Source: Bdellovibrionales bacterium
Lineage (GTDB): Bacteria > Bdellovibrionota > Bdellovibrionia > Bdellovibrionales > JAUICD01
Assembly: GCA_965262715.1 (NCBI GenBank)
Contig: OZ253553.1
Coordinates: 1,920,001-1,984,000 of the forward strand
DNA length: 64,000 bases
Direction of reading: 5' to 3'
The position numbers and the translations under genes were made by a program. A model generated the notes under the pieces. The model saw nothing but the letters and a program-made list of their open reading frames with translations, was not told the DNA's origin and ran no database searches. Positions 18,859 through 29,827 of this stretch are shown here, piece by piece (within the stretch, counting starts at the first letter, position 1; every line of letters begins with the position of its first letter).

Positions 18859-21474
18859 GTGTCTGAAAAATCATTTAAAAATCTTGTAATTGTAGAGTCT
18901 CCCACTAAAGCCCGAACTATACGTAAGTTTTTAGGCAAAAGCTTTGATGTGGTTTCATGTATGGGGCACGTCAGAGACTTACCTAGCTCAGCTAAAGACA
19001 TTCCAGAAAAGTATAGAAAAGAAGAGTGGTCAAGGCTAGGCGTTAATGTTGATCGCAGCTTTGCTCCTCTTTATTGTATTCCCTCAAAAAAGAAAAAAGT
19101 TATATCAGAGTTGAAAAAAAAAATAAAAACAGCATCCCAACTTTATCTGGCAACAGATGAAGATAGGGAAGGTGAAAGTATCTCATGGCATCTTTTAGAG
19201 ATTTTAAAACCAAAAATCCCTGTCAAAAGAATGGTTTTTCATGAAATTACAAAAAAAGCCATTACTGATGCCTTAGAAAATACAAGAAATATTAATGAAG
19301 ATCTGGTAAGAGCCCAAGAAGCTCGCCGCATTTTAGATCGTTTGGTAGGATACACTATTTCTCCCCTCTTATGGAAAAAAATTGCTTATGGACTATCAGC
19401 AGGGCGAGTTCAATCAGTTGTCGTAGAAATCTTAGCAGATAGAGAACTAGCAAGAGTACGATTTATCCCTGCTAGCTATTGGAACCTACAGGCAAAACTC
19501 TCCTTAAAGGATCAATCCGATACAAGTGATCAACAACCTTTTAATGCTAGATTATTTATCTGTGATGATAAAAAGATAGCTAAAGGCACAGACTTTGATC
19601 TAGAAACAGGACAAATTTTCAAAGACAAACAAAAAGGCCTCTTATGGTTATCAGAGGAGAAAGCAAAAAGCTTACAACAGGAATTGCAATCTACTTCATG
19701 GAAAGTCAAAGAAGTGATTAAAAAAGATATTTTGCGAAAACCTCCTGCCCCTTTTATCACATCCACTCTACAACAAGATGCCAGCCGCCGATTTGGATGG
19801 CCAGCCACTCATGTCATGAGAGTCGCACAATCCCTCTATGAACAAGGGCATATTACATATATGCGAACAGATAGCCGTTTTATTTCTAAACAAGCTATTG
19901 AAGTTGTAAGAAAGTCTATTGTATCACTTTATGGAAAACCTTATTTACCAAATCATCCAAGAGATTACACAGCCAAAAAAGTCAAAGGAGCTCAAGAAGC
20001 TCATGAAGCTATTCGCCCTTCAGGCACACAGTTTCAACATCCTAGAGATCTCCATTTAGAAAAAGACCAATTCAAACTTTACGATCTAATTTGGAAACGC
20101 ACTATGGCATCTCAAATGGCCGATTCCAAACAAAAGCAAGTTAGCTTACGCCTGCAGGCTTTACACACTGTATTTGCAGCTTCAGGAACAACTATTGAGT
20201 TTCCAGGATTTTTAAAAGTCTATGAGGAAGGTCGTGATGAAGTAGACTCCGAAGAAAAAGACGTCATATTGCCTCCATTAAAAAAAGATGATCAGCTCAC
20301 CTGCCACAAGGTGGACTCCACTTCTCACCAAACAAAGCCTCCTCCAAGATACACAGAAGCTAGTTTAATTCAAACAATGGAAGAAAAAGGCATTGGTCGC
20401 CCTTCAACTTATGCGCCAACTATCTCTACAGTTATGCAAAGAGGGTATGTTGTTAAACAAGGCACAACTTTGGTGCCAACTTTTACAGCACTCATTGTCT
20501 CTCACTTACTTAAAGTTTATTTACCAAACTATGTAGAATCAGAATTTACATCTAAAATGGAGGCATCCTTAGATGATATTGCTGCAGGAGCTTTAGACTG
20601 GATCAAGTACTTAAAGAACATCTACTTTGGACAAGAAGGGCTTAAAGAGCTTGTTGAAAAACAAGAAGAGGTTATAGATCCGGAAGAAGCGCGATCTCTG
20701 AAAAATGTAAAAGAGTTTCAAATAAAATCATTAGACCAATTTGAATTTCGTGTAGGCAAATATGGAGCTTATGTCTGCCGTAAAAATGGAGATAAGGTTT
20801 GTGCCTCTATACCTGATAACCAAGCTCCTGGAGAAATTGATGTGACCTCTATCAATAAGTTAATCGATAAAAAAGCATCAGGTGGTGATGCCTTTGGTAA
20901 AGACCCACAAACCGGCCAACATATTTATTTATTAGAAGGTAGATATGGCCCTTATCTTCAATTAGGAGACTTAGGGGATATGGTTAAAAAAGACAAATCG
21001 GCAAAACAAAACCTTAAACGAGCTTCAATCCCAAAACACCTCTCGTCTGAAGATTTGACTTTAGATCAGGCCTTATTTCTGTTATCTTTACCCAAGACAT
21101 TAGGCAATCATCCTGAATCCCAAAAAGAGATTAAAGCAGGAAATGGCCAATATGGCCCTTATGTGGTTCATGATGGTGATTATAGATCCATACCTAAAGA
21201 GGATGATCTTTTTAAAATTGATCTTAAAAGAGCTTTAGAACTTCTTGCTCAAGAAAAAAGAGGTAAAGGTCGAAAAACAATTATACCCATTAAAGATTTA
21301 GGTGCTCATGATAAAAAATCTCTGGCTATCTATGATGGTCGATATGGCCCTTACATCAAATGGGGGAAAGAAAATTACTCTTTACCAAAAAATGCTAAAG
21401 TCGAAAGTTTTATTTTAAAAGATGCTCTTGAACTAATAAAAAATAAAGATAAGCAAAGTAAAAAGAAAAAATGA
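18859..21474 (+). CDS. topA: DNA topoisomerase I with C-terminal repeats
   Basis: LVIVESPTKA, ATDEDREGE, SAGRVQS, ITYMRTD, repeated GRYGPY. Confidence 0.97.
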   Translation: MSEKSFKNLVIVESPTKARTIRKFLGKSFDVVSCMGHVRDLPSSAKDIPEKYRKEEWSRLGVNVDRSFAPLYCIPSKKKKVISELKKKIKTASQLYLATDEDREGESISWHLLEILKPKIPVKRMVFHEITKKAITDALENTRNINEDLVRAQEARRILDRLVGYTISPLLWKKIAYGLSAGRVQSVVVEILADRELARVRFIPASYWNLQAKLSLKDQSDTSDQQPFNARLFICDDKKIAKGTDFDLETGQIFKDKQKGLLWLSEEKAKSLQQELQSTSWKVKEVIKKDILRKPPAPFITSTLQQDASRRFGWPATHVMRVAQSLYEQGHITYMRTDSRFISKQAIEVVRKSIVSLYGKPYLPNHPRDYTAKKVKGAQEAHEAIRPSGTQFQHPRDLHLEKDQFKLYDLIWKRTMASQMADSKQKQVSLRLQALHTVFAASGTTIEFPGFLKVYEEGRDEVDSEEKDVILPPLKKDDQLTCHKVDSTSHQTKPPPRYTEASLIQTMEEKGIGRPSTYAPTISTVMQRGYVVKQGTTLVPTFTALIVSHLLKVYLPNYVESEFTSKMEASLDDIAAGALDWIKYLKNIYFGQEGLKELVEKQEEVIDPEEARSLKNVKEFQIKSLDQFEFRVGKYGAYVCRKNGDKVCASIPDNQAPGEIDVTSINKLIDKKASGGDAFGKDPQTGQHIYLLEGRYGPYLQLGDLGDMVKKDKSAKQNLKRASIPKHLSSEDLTLDQALFLLSLPKTLGNHPESQKEIKAGNGQYGPYVVHDGDYRSIPKEDDLFKIDLKRALELLAQEKRGKGRKTIIPIKDLGAHDKKSLAIYDGRYGPYIKWGKENYSLPKNAKVESFILKDALELIKNKDKQSKKKK

Positions 21475-21538
21475 AAAGTATAAAAATAATATAAAACTGT
21501 ATTTTAAAATAATAACCATTAACGATATTGAGGATATA

Positions 21539-23611
21539 ATGAAAAAAAATAAATATAGAAATACAAAAACCCTCATAAACTATCCAGCAAAAGTTCATTC
21601 AACTATATTCTTAACAAAACTATTAAATATCTTAAAATTGAAAACCTTAATTTTAATCTTATGTTTGTCTCCTATAACCCAAGCTTCAGCAGCTACCCTT
21701 GCCTGTCCTTTCTTACACCCTATTATCACAGCTATGCTTCAAGAACATATTATACATAGTAACATGACTGCTAATCTGGAACATAAAACAATTGAACAAT
21801 ATATTAAGTTCTTAGATGGAGCTAAGATTTACCTTCTTGAATCTGATGTAAATAAAATCAGAGGATTACTCAAAGGCATTTATAAGAATTTACAAAAACA
21901 ATCTTGTGGCAGTATTGTAACTATTCATAAGATGCATTTAAAGAGAATAAAAGAACGTATGGAGTTTGCTAAAAAGTTCTTAGGTAATAAGTACAAATTT
22001 AACTCTAAAGAAAACCTCTTATTAGACAATTCGAAGAGAAAATATCCGAAAACTAGAGCTCAATTAGAAAACTTCCAGAAAAAATATATCCATTTTCAAG
22101 TTGCCAACTTTAAAGTAGCTGACATGAAACTTAATGAAGCTAAAAAACAAGTTATTAAGAGATATCAAAGAGACTTCAGCCAACTACAAAGCCAAAAAAC
22201 TGAAAAACTCTATGCTAATTTCTTATATGCAGTATCTAGAAGCCTTGATCCACATTCTGACTTTTTATCTAAAGAAAGATTAGAAGATTTTGAGATGCAA
22301 ATGCGTTTATTTCTTGAAGGCATTGGCGCATCTCTAAGTTCTGAAAATGGTTACACTGTTATTGAAAACCTTATTAAAGGTGGATCTGCCGAAGCTTCTG
22401 GACTTTTAGAAGTAGAAGATAAGATATTAGCCGTGGCTCAAGGTACAAAGGGAGCTTTTGTTCCTATTATTGATATGCCTTTAAATGAAGTTGTTCAATT
22501 GATTCGTGGACCAAAAGGCACTAAAGTGCGCTTAAAAATTTTACGTCCTATGACCAATAAGAAAACAAAGCACTTTCAAGTCACCTTGATCCGTCGAAAA
22601 ATTAACTTAGAAGAAAACGCAGCAAAAGTACATTATATTGATCACCCTGCTCAGAGTTCAAAACGCTCAAAGAAAAAAATAATTGCTATCCTAGAATTGC
22701 CTTCATTTTACTTGGATTCAAATGCCAAAAGAAAAGGACGTTCTGCTTATAGAGATGTTAAAAAATTACTTAATCAGATCAAAAGAAAAAAAACTGATGG
22801 CCTGGTATTGGACTTATCTTCAAATGGTGGAGGAATTCTGACAGAAGCTGTCAAAGTTGCAGGGTTGTTCTTCAAAACAGGTAATGTTGTACAAACAAGA
22901 GGAAAAGATCAAGATTCTTCTTCAGGAATATTGAGTGATAAAGACCCTCAAGTGAATTATTCAGGACCTCTAGTGATTTTAACAAGCCGCTTTAGCGCAA
23001 GTGCCTCTGAAATCGTAGCTGGAGCATTAAAAGATTATGGACGTGCTGTCATTGCAGGCGCAGATCATACATACGGTAAAGGAAGTGTACAGTCTGTCAT
23101 CAATTTATCTAAAGATATTGGAGCTTTTAAAGTGACTATGGGTATGTTTTTTATTCCAGGAGGGGATTCCACTCAACATAAAGGAGTGCTCTCAGACATT
23201 ATTCTTCCCAGCATTTATTCAAGAGAAGATATTGGAGAACAATATTTAGACTATTCTCTCCCACCAAAGACAATAAAACCTTTTATTTCTGAAACAGCTT
23301 ATGCAAATAAAGGATCACAGGCTTGGAAACGTATCACAAAGAGTGTTTTAAAGAAATTAGCTTTTCGATCTAAAAAGCGAGTTAGTAAAAGTAAAGATTT
23401 TCAGGAAATTTTAGCAGAGATTGAGAAAAGTAAAAAGGACGATAAGATAATTTATATAGAAGAAATACTTAATGAAGACTCAGAGATGAAAGAGAAAAAA
23501 GAGATTGCCAAGCAAAAGCGTCGTGATCCTGAGTTTAGAGATAAAGAATACCTTAAACGTGCTGATATTAAAGAGGCTGTTCATATCACTGCAGACTTAA
23601 TCGATTTATAA
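21539..23611 (+). CDS. prc: Carboxy-terminal processing (tail-specific) protease, S41 family with PDZ domain
   Basis: LDPHS, EGIGASL, DLSSNGGG, SASASEIVAGALKDY, TYGKGSVQ. Confidence 0.9.
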   Translation: MKKNKYRNTKTLINYPAKVHSTIFLTKLLNILKLKTLILILCLSPITQASAATLACPFLHPIITAMLQEHIIHSNMTANLEHKTIEQYIKFLDGAKIYLLESDVNKIRGLLKGIYKNLQKQSCGSIVTIHKMHLKRIKERMEFAKKFLGNKYKFNSKENLLLDNSKRKYPKTRAQLENFQKKYIHFQVANFKVADMKLNEAKKQVIKRYQRDFSQLQSQKTEKLYANFLYAVSRSLDPHSDFLSKERLEDFEMQMRLFLEGIGASLSSENGYTVIENLIKGGSAEASGLLEVEDKILAVAQGTKGAFVPIIDMPLNEVVQLIRGPKGTKVRLKILRPMTNKKTKHFQVTLIRRKINLEENAAKVHYIDHPAQSSKRSKKKIIAILELPSFYLDSNAKRKGRSAYRDVKKLLNQIKRKKTDGLVLDLSSNGGGILTEAVKVAGLFFKTGNVVQTRGKDQDSSSGILSDKDPQVNYSGPLVILTSRFSASASEIVAGALKDYGRAVIAGADHTYGKGSVQSVINLSKDIGAFKVTMGMFFIPGGDSTQHKGVLSDIILPSIYSREDIGEQYLDYSLPPKTIKPFISETAYANKGSQAWKRITKSVLKKLAFRSKKRVSKSKDFQEILAEIEKSKKDDKIIYIEEILNEDSEMKEKKEIAKQKRRDPEFRDKEYLKRADIKEAVHITADLIDL

Positions 23612-23784
23612 GTTAATTAAGTTTGCACATCTATTTCAAAAAAATAACTGAATGTCAATTTTTTGAATCTTAATCCTATAGACTTTCCTGTAGAATAATA
23701 ATAGTAGATAAATAAAGGCAGCTATGCCTATAATTTCTCATATTCCCAGATAATAGAGATACTAAAGTAATTAGGAGAATATCA

Positions 23785-25374
23785 ATGGCAGGTATAAAGA
23801 ATCAACAAACAGAACCTCCTCCAAAAACCAATCAACCCTTATTAGAAGAACTTAGGACTAAACAAAAGTTAGCTTTAGAAGCAGGAGGAGCCACCAAAAT
23901 ACAAAAACACAAACAAGGAGGACGCTTAACAGCCAAAGAGAGGCTTCATGTCCTTCTTGATCCTGAAAGCTTTGTAGAAATAGACCAATTCGTCATCCAT
24001 AGATGTCACAACTTTGGAATGCAAGATAAGCATGTTTTAGGAGATGGAGTTATCACCGGACATGGCCTCATTAAAGGACGTCCTGTCTATGTTTATAGTC
24101 AAGACTTTACTGTTTTTGGAGGAAGCCTTTCTGGCTCTAATGCAAAAAAGATCTGCAAAGTATTAGACCTTGCCATGAAAAGCGGTGTGCCCATTATTGG
24201 GCTTAATGATTCTGGGGGAGCACGCATTCAAGAAGGTGTGGAAGCTTTAGGGGGTTTTGCTGATATTTTCCTGCGGAACACCATGGCCTCAGGAACCATC
24301 CCTCAAATCAGTGCTATTATGGGACCCTGTGCAGGAGGTGCTGTCTATAGCCCAAGTATTACTGATTTTATTTTTATGGTACAAGATACAAGTTATATGT
24401 TTGTAACAGGTCCTGATGTGATAAGAACTGTGACTCACGAAGAAGTTTCTAAAGAAAAATTAGGTGGAGCTATGGCTCATGCTCAAAAATCAGGAGTTGC
24501 TCATTTTGTAGCAGAAGACGATAAACACTGCTTACTTTTGATCAGAGAACTTCTCAGCTTTTTGCCCAGTAACAATTTAGATGATCCACCTACTCTTTCA
24601 AATACGGATGATCCTTACCGTTACATTGAATCACTTAATAGCATTATTCCTTCTAACTCTAAAAAATCTTATGATATAAAACAGTTAATTAGGAAAATAG
24701 TGGATGATGATTACTTTTTTGAAGTTCATCAACATTATGCCAAAAATATCCTTGTCGGTTTTGCAAGATTTAATGGAAAAAGCGTAGGAATTGTCGCCAA
24801 TCAACCAGAAGTCTTAGCAGGCTGCTTAGATATTTCAGCCTCTATAAAGGCAGCTCGCTTTGTTCGATTTTGTGATGCATTTAATATTCCTCTCATATCT
24901 TTAGTAGATGTTCCTGGGTTTTTACCTGGAACAGATCAAGAATGGAATGGAATTATCACTCATGGAGCTAAACTTTTATATGCTTATGCTGAAGCAACAG
25001 TTCCAAAGATTACAATCATCACAAGAAAAGCTTACGGCGGAGCTTATGATGTCATGGCCTCTAAACATTTACGTGCTGATGTCAATATGGCTTATCCTAC
25101 AGCAGAGATTGCTGTTATGGGACCTGAAGGTGCTGTTAATATTATCTTTAGAGATAATATTAAACAAGCAAAAGACCCTAAGTCAGAAAAGCAAAAATTA
25201 ACAGATGACTATCAAAAAGTATTTGCAAACCCTTATCTTGCAGCACAATTAGGTTATATAGATGAAGTGATTGAGCCAGCATGGACAAGGAAACGTATTA
25301 TTCAATCTTTGAATTTATTACAAAGTAAAAAGGATCAATCACCATCTAAACGCCATGGCAATATTCCTCTTTAG
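23785..25374 (+). CDS. pccB: Acyl-CoA (propionyl-CoA) carboxylase beta subunit
   Basis: [47 protein letters not shown]. Confidence 0.93.
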   Translation: MAGIKNQQTEPPPKTNQPLLEELRTKQKLALEAGGATKIQKHKQGGRLTAKERLHVLLDPESFVEIDQFVIHRCHNFGMQDKHVLGDGVITGHGLIKGRPVYVYSQDFTVFGGSLSGSNAKKICKVLDLAMKSGVPIIGLNDSGGARIQEGVEALGGFADIFLRNTMASGTIPQISAIMGPCAGGAVYSPSITDFIFMVQDTSYMFVTGPDVIRTVTHEEVSKEKLGGAMAHAQKSGVAHFVAEDDKHCLLLIRELLSFLPSNNLDDPPTLSNTDDPYRYIESLNSIIPSNSKKSYDIKQLIRKIVDDDYFFEVHQHYAKNILVGFARFNGKSVGIVANQPEVLAGCLDISASIKAARFVRFCDAFNIPLISLVDVPGFLPGTDQEWNGIITHGAKLLYAYAEATVPKITIITRKAYGGAYDVMASKHLRADVNMAYPTAEIAVMGPEGAVNIIFRDNIKQAKDPKSEKQKLTDDYQKVFANPYLAAQLGYIDEVIEPAWTRKRIIQSLNLLQSKKDQSPSKRHGNIPL

Positions 25375-25417
25375 ATATTTTTTATCATTAAAAATGATAA
25401 CTTTAAAGTGCCACTCA

Positions 25418-26206
25418 CTATAATAAACCTTTTTGCTTCAAATGCTCATGAGCTAAATAATAAGCCTCTTTCTTTTTAACCCGACTTGTAGATGGCAACA
25501 TGTCACTCACAAGGTAACTTATATGACTGGATATTAAACGAGTGTTTCTTAATCTCTTTATCACTTCTGAGTTTGGAGCATGTTCTGCAATTGCTTCCAC
25601 CACAAGATAGTCTTTCTTAATAGCAGCTTGTTCAAAAGTATAAGTTATGTCTGACTCTTCTAGTTTTTTAGATTCAATAAAAAATAGTACCATTAACCTT
25701 CTATCTATAGAACCAACAACATCAACATTCTGATAAGCAATTATAGAAAACGGAGTCAAACCTTTGACACTTCTTATATCAACCCTTGCTTTAAACTCCA
25801 GCAATAAATTCACAATATGAGGATTACCCATCATGACAGCTAAATGTAAAGCTGTGCCACCTACAAGAAGATCCTGCTTATCTGTAACCTTTTCTAAAGC
25901 CCCTAAATCAATAAGGTATCTGAAATCTACTTCACCATCATCGCTGTCTCCAACTACTTTCATCACAAATGCATTTGGATTTGCCCCAGCTTCTAAAGCT
26001 CTTTGTACAGCTCTATAATTTGGTTCTACAATAATATTAAAGAAATCCTCATCCAGTAATTCATAGTCTTGAATAACTTGGAGACTTGAAACGCAAGGAG
26101 TTAAACTTTGCTCAAAAGGATTTAGGTTTAAAGCTACATATGTATGTGCCAATCCAAATCGAGAAGTAAATATTATAACCATTAAACATATTATACGCAG
26201 ATTCAT
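25418..26206 (-). CDS. Secreted ankyrin-repeat protein
   Basis: Signal-like N-terminus; ALEAGANPN and GGTALHLAVMMGNPHIVNLLLEFKARVD ankyrin motifs. Confidence 0.8.
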   Translation of the reverse strand: MNLRIICLMVIIFTSRFGLAHTYVALNLNPFEQSLTPCVSSLQVIQDYELLDEDFFNIIVEPNYRAVQRALEAGANPNAFVMKVVGDSDDGEVDFRYLIDLGALEKVTDKQDLLVGGTALHLAVMMGNPHIVNLLLEFKARVDIRSVKGLTPFSIIAYQNVDVVGSIDRRLMVLFFIESKKLEESDITYTFEQAAIKKDYLVVEAIAEHAPNSEVIKRLRNTRLISSHISYLVSDMLPSTSRVKKKEAYYLAHEHLKQKGLL

Positions 26207-26330
26207 AATTAGTTAAGCTCTTATAAAAAAATATTTATCGTTATTTTAGATTGAGGTGTCTTACAGTTGTTATCATTTTATATAGAACTGTTATCTCTAT
26301 CTCTAGTAGCATTTTTGAGATGGCTTCTAC

Positions 26331-26504
26331 TTAAAATGCTTTTCCTAATCTCTCTCGCCATATTTTATACTCTTCCATTCTTTCGTATTCTTCTATAGTA
26401 CTTGCACTTCTTTGTCTTCTAAGAAAATCTCGATATTCTAATATTATCCCTCTTACACTTTCTGGAATTTCATACCCATCCACTTCTCCTTTGGCTATAT
26501 TTAT
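26331..26504 (-). pseudogene. 3' fragment of an unknown gene cut at the IS256 end
   Basis: 58-codon open frame INIAKGEVDGYEIPESVRGIILEYRDF...LGKAF* starts exactly at the IS boundary with no start codon. Confidence 0.45.
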
Positions 26505-27911
26505 GAGGATGTCCCACGTTTCGGTGAAATTGAAGTTAAGCAGAGCTTGATGTTTTGCTACGCCTGTTTCTATTGTTAGTCAATAGGTTTAAATTTTCTT
26601 CCATTGTATTTAAATCTTTATACCCTTTAATAGCTCTAAACTTTTTTTCAGCTTCAACTAAAGAAGCAGCAGCCCATCTCATAACCTGATCTGGAGAACT
26701 TCTCCAGTTCTTAACCCTGCTGACTTTATCTCTTACAATAGAAAAGGCAGACTCAATAGGATTTGTAGAAGATAAGGTTCTCCTTAGCAGTGGAGATACC
26801 TTCAACTTGATAACTGTCAGTGTCTCCTCCTTTGCTTCCTTAAGTGAAGCCAATGCTGCATAATTAATCCTGCTTAACCAACTCAGTAACTTATTGTATT
26901 CTCTCTGAGCAGAATCATAATCATTAAAACCATGCACCATCTTCCAGCGACGCTTAAACTCTAAATGACGTTCCTGAGGTAAATAACTTAAAACATTCCT
27001 CTCCTTGTGGTGAATACAGCGTTGAACTACTGCTCTCTTACCAAAAACTCTATTAATAGCTGTCCTTAAAGATCTGCTACCATCAATTACAAAAAGGTAA
27101 GGCTTATCTGAACAAAGACCTCTTGCTATTAAACTCTCTAATAAGTCCTTGCAAACTTCCCAGTTCTCTGTATGACCCTCTCTAAGACCCAGAACTAACT
27201 TCTTACCTTCAACTGTGATGCCAAGAGCTACAACCACTGTCCTTGATCCAAAAACAACACCATCAATCATAATTGATGAAAACTTATCCTTACTCAGATC
27301 ACGACCATTTAAAGATTCAAGAAACTTCCTAGATGACTTATTAAAGACTCTGCTCACTGTACTCTTAGAAAGACCCGTCCCTCCTACAATATCATCAAGA
27401 AGTTCATTGTAATTACGACAAGATACCCCTCTCATAGCATGACTCAAAACTTTATCACAAAGTATGTCATACTTTTGAAGCACTGAATAAGACCGCGGCT
27501 TAATATCAGAACCTCCCTTCTCCTTCACCCTAGGCTTCCTCACCTGAAGCCTTTGACCTTGTGCAAGAACACTCCCAGAATCACTACCCGCTCTGTAATA
27601 TCTTGTATCACGACCACGACCATGACGCTTACCACACAGTGATAATAACTCATCCTCAAAGAAATCATGGATCATATTAATAACCATTGATCTCATGCGA
27701 TGCTCTAGGATCTCTCGAATCTCATTTGACTCAGATGATAAAACTTGAATTGAATAACCATTCTTACTACTCTTCATAATAGCTCCTTTCTGTTATCTAT
27801 TTCCTGATAAAATAAAAACAGTAAACAACGGCTAGACCACTTAGGATAGCCGGGAGCTCTACTTTCTTCTAATTCCTATAAGAAAATTTCACCGATCTAT
27901 GGGACAACCTC
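26505..27911 (-). mobile_element. IS256-family insertion sequence
   Basis: Imperfect terminal IRs gaggatgtcccacgtttcggtgaaatt and aatttcaccgatctatgggacaacctc around the transposase; no target duplication seen. Confidence 0.9.
26536..27777 (-). CDS. IS256-family transposase
   Basis: GVSCRNY, IMIDG, VALGITVEGKKLVLG, FVIDG, QRCIHHKERN, STNPIES. Confidence 0.93.
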   Translation of the reverse strand: MKSSKNGYSIQVLSSESNEIREILEHRMRSMVINMIHDFFEDELLSLCGKRHGRGRDTRYYRAGSDSGSVLAQGQRLQVRKPRVKEKGGSDIKPRSYSVLQKYDILCDKVLSHAMRGVSCRNYNELLDDIVGGTGLSKSTVSRVFNKSSRKFLESLNGRDLSKDKFSSIMIDGVVFGSRTVVVALGITVEGKKLVLGLREGHTENWEVCKDLLESLIARGLCSDKPYLFVIDGSRSLRTAINRVFGKRAVVQRCIHHKERNVLSYLPQERHLEFKRRWKMVHGFNDYDSAQREYNKLLSWLSRINYAALASLKEAKEETLTVIKLKVSPLLRRTLSSTNPIESAFSIVRDKVSRVKNWRSSPDQVMRWAAASLVEAEKKFRAIKGYKDLNTMEENLNLLTNNRNRRSKTSSSA

Positions 27912-28149
27912 CTTTCTGGCATTGCCCCCAAACTGGCTCCAAGCCGTTTGGCAAATAGGGCAATGCCTAGAAAGCTTGATGCATTTTAGTAAACGAGATA
28001 CCCCTCGTTTTTCTGACAAGATGTTAAGGAAATCGCTGAGAGTCTAGAGTGAAGACTTGATGTTTTAAGCCAAAGACGAGATCTTCCGCAGATGAGATCG
28101 CTTTTTGGCGATCTCATCGAAGACTTCGAGGATTGGCTTAAAATATCAA
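27912..28149 (-). repeat. Structured repeat family A, inverted copy truncated by IS256
   Basis: Reverse complement of modules in 62028-62305, including the long palindrome at 28057-28149. Confidence 0.8.
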
Positions 28150-28240
28150 TTTTCAGCTGGTCAAAAAACTATGAACCTGTTGAGGCATAAGCAAAAGTTT
28201 ATGCTTGACAATTTTGATAAATATTCCTAAACATCAAAAA

Positions 28241-29536
28241 ATGTCCCCCCTCACAACACTGCAACAAATCCAAGACTTCATCAGCCGTGGACCACTTATA
28301 CCTAAGTCTCCACCTAATTTGGATAGAACCAAAGGTGCTTTTAGCAACCTACCCATAAAAGAACTTTGCGGCCAAAAAAACATTTTGATTGCAGGAACAA
28401 ATGGCAAAGGTACAACTGCTAAAACATTACAGACACTACTGACTGAAAATAACAAATATGTAGGACTCTTCACATCACCTTATCTTGTTTCTATTTGTGA
28501 AAGCATACAAATAGATGGAAAACCTATCAGTGAACATTTATTTATAGAGTGTTTTCATCATATCTCAGACTTACATAAAAAGTGGAATTTAAGTTATTTT
28601 GAAACACTAACCTTGATGGCCTCCTACTTATTTTTTACAAATCGTCTTGTACCTCCTGTTGAATATGCCATTTTTGAGGTAGGTATGGGAGGTCTGTGGG
28701 ATGCTACCAACGTAATTCCTCATAATGTATCTGTTATCACTCAAATAAGTTATGACCATCAACACTTATTAGGAAATACACTAGAAGAGATTGCAAAAAA
28801 TAAATTAGGCATTATACATAAAAATAATCATGTTATTGGATCATTTGCTTTTGATAAAAACCCACAATTATCTCTTCTCAAACAGCAAGCTATTCAAAAC
28901 ACAAAAGCTACATGGTATCATCCTGATCAATACAACTACCAAACAGAAATTATACAGGGTCAACCCAGGGGATTTATTTCTATTTACAATCAAAAACAAG
29001 AAATGAACCTTTTAGGTCAAAGAGCTGCTGAAAATTCAGCAACAGCTCTTAAATGCTATGAGGTATTAGGATTTGACGCTAAAAAAGCTTTAAAGTCTCT
29101 TAAAAAAGTTAAATGGGAGGGACGTATGCATAGAGAATACTTGCCTTTCTGCAAGTGCCCTGTGTACTTTTCAGGAGATCATAATGAGCAAGGCATTCAA
29201 AGCCTTATTGCTATTTTAAATGACTTGAGCTATCAAAATATTTATTTTTTAGTCAGTATTGGTCAAACAAAAAATCCTAAAACCATCCTTAACTATCTTC
29301 TCGATGTAAAAAATAGCAAAACTTACCTGACAACAGCTGAATTTAAAGGCCGGACAAAAAAAGATTACACACAGTGGCTTAACCAAGTCAATGGCTACAT
29401 TGAAAGCCCTATAGAAGCTCTAAAGCAGGTTTGTCAACAATGCCAAAAAGATGATTTGATGGTAGTGACAGGCTCTCTTTATCTCATAGGTGAGCTGATG
29501 TCTTATACAAGGAATGCTCATTCAAAGTTAAAATAG
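28241..29536 (+). CDS. folC: Folylpolyglutamate synthase/dihydrofolate synthase
   Basis: IAGTNGKGT, GLFTSPYL, SYFETLT, FEVGMGGLWDATNV, VTGSLYLIG; ORF track start 28205 coincides with a TTGACA. Confidence 0.92.
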   Translation: MSPLTTLQQIQDFISRGPLIPKSPPNLDRTKGAFSNLPIKELCGQKNILIAGTNGKGTTAKTLQTLLTENNKYVGLFTSPYLVSICESIQIDGKPISEHLFIECFHHISDLHKKWNLSYFETLTLMASYLFFTNRLVPPVEYAIFEVGMGGLWDATNVIPHNVSVITQISYDHQHLLGNTLEEIAKNKLGIIHKNNHVIGSFAFDKNPQLSLLKQQAIQNTKATWYHPDQYNYQTEIIQGQPRGFISIYNQKQEMNLLGQRAAENSATALKCYEVLGFDAKKALKSLKKVKWEGRMHREYLPFCKCPVYFSGDHNEQGIQSLIAILNDLSYQNIYFLVSIGQTKNPKTILNYLLDVKNSKTYLTTAEFKGRTKKDYTQWLNQVNGYIESPIEALKQVCQQCQKDDLMVVTGSLYLIGELMSYTRNAHSKLK

Positions 29537-29552
29537 CATATCCACTAACTAG

Positions 29553-29665
29553 GTCCCGCCAGAAAGTCGCCAGAGATAAGGAATATTGTTTTTTTAGAAA
29601 AAACAAGGAAAAAATCTTTGGAGCAATGACTTGATATTTATGCCAAAAGCTCGTAGTCCTCGGGT
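29553..29665 (+). repeat. Degenerate family A modules
   Basis: gccagaaagtcgccagag and aaaaaatctttggagcaatgacttgat match ~62297 and ~62005. Confidence 0.5.
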
Positions 29666-29827
29666 AATTGTGTAAGAGGAAGCTTTCCATAATATTATAT
29701 AGGAAAACGAAATGAATAAAAGAAGCCGATACATTTAGTGCTTTTTCATATAAATTGTGTAACAATACTCAAACCTGTTTAAACTTAAATTGGCATTTTA
29801 ACTTAAAATATAAAATGAGGTACATTA

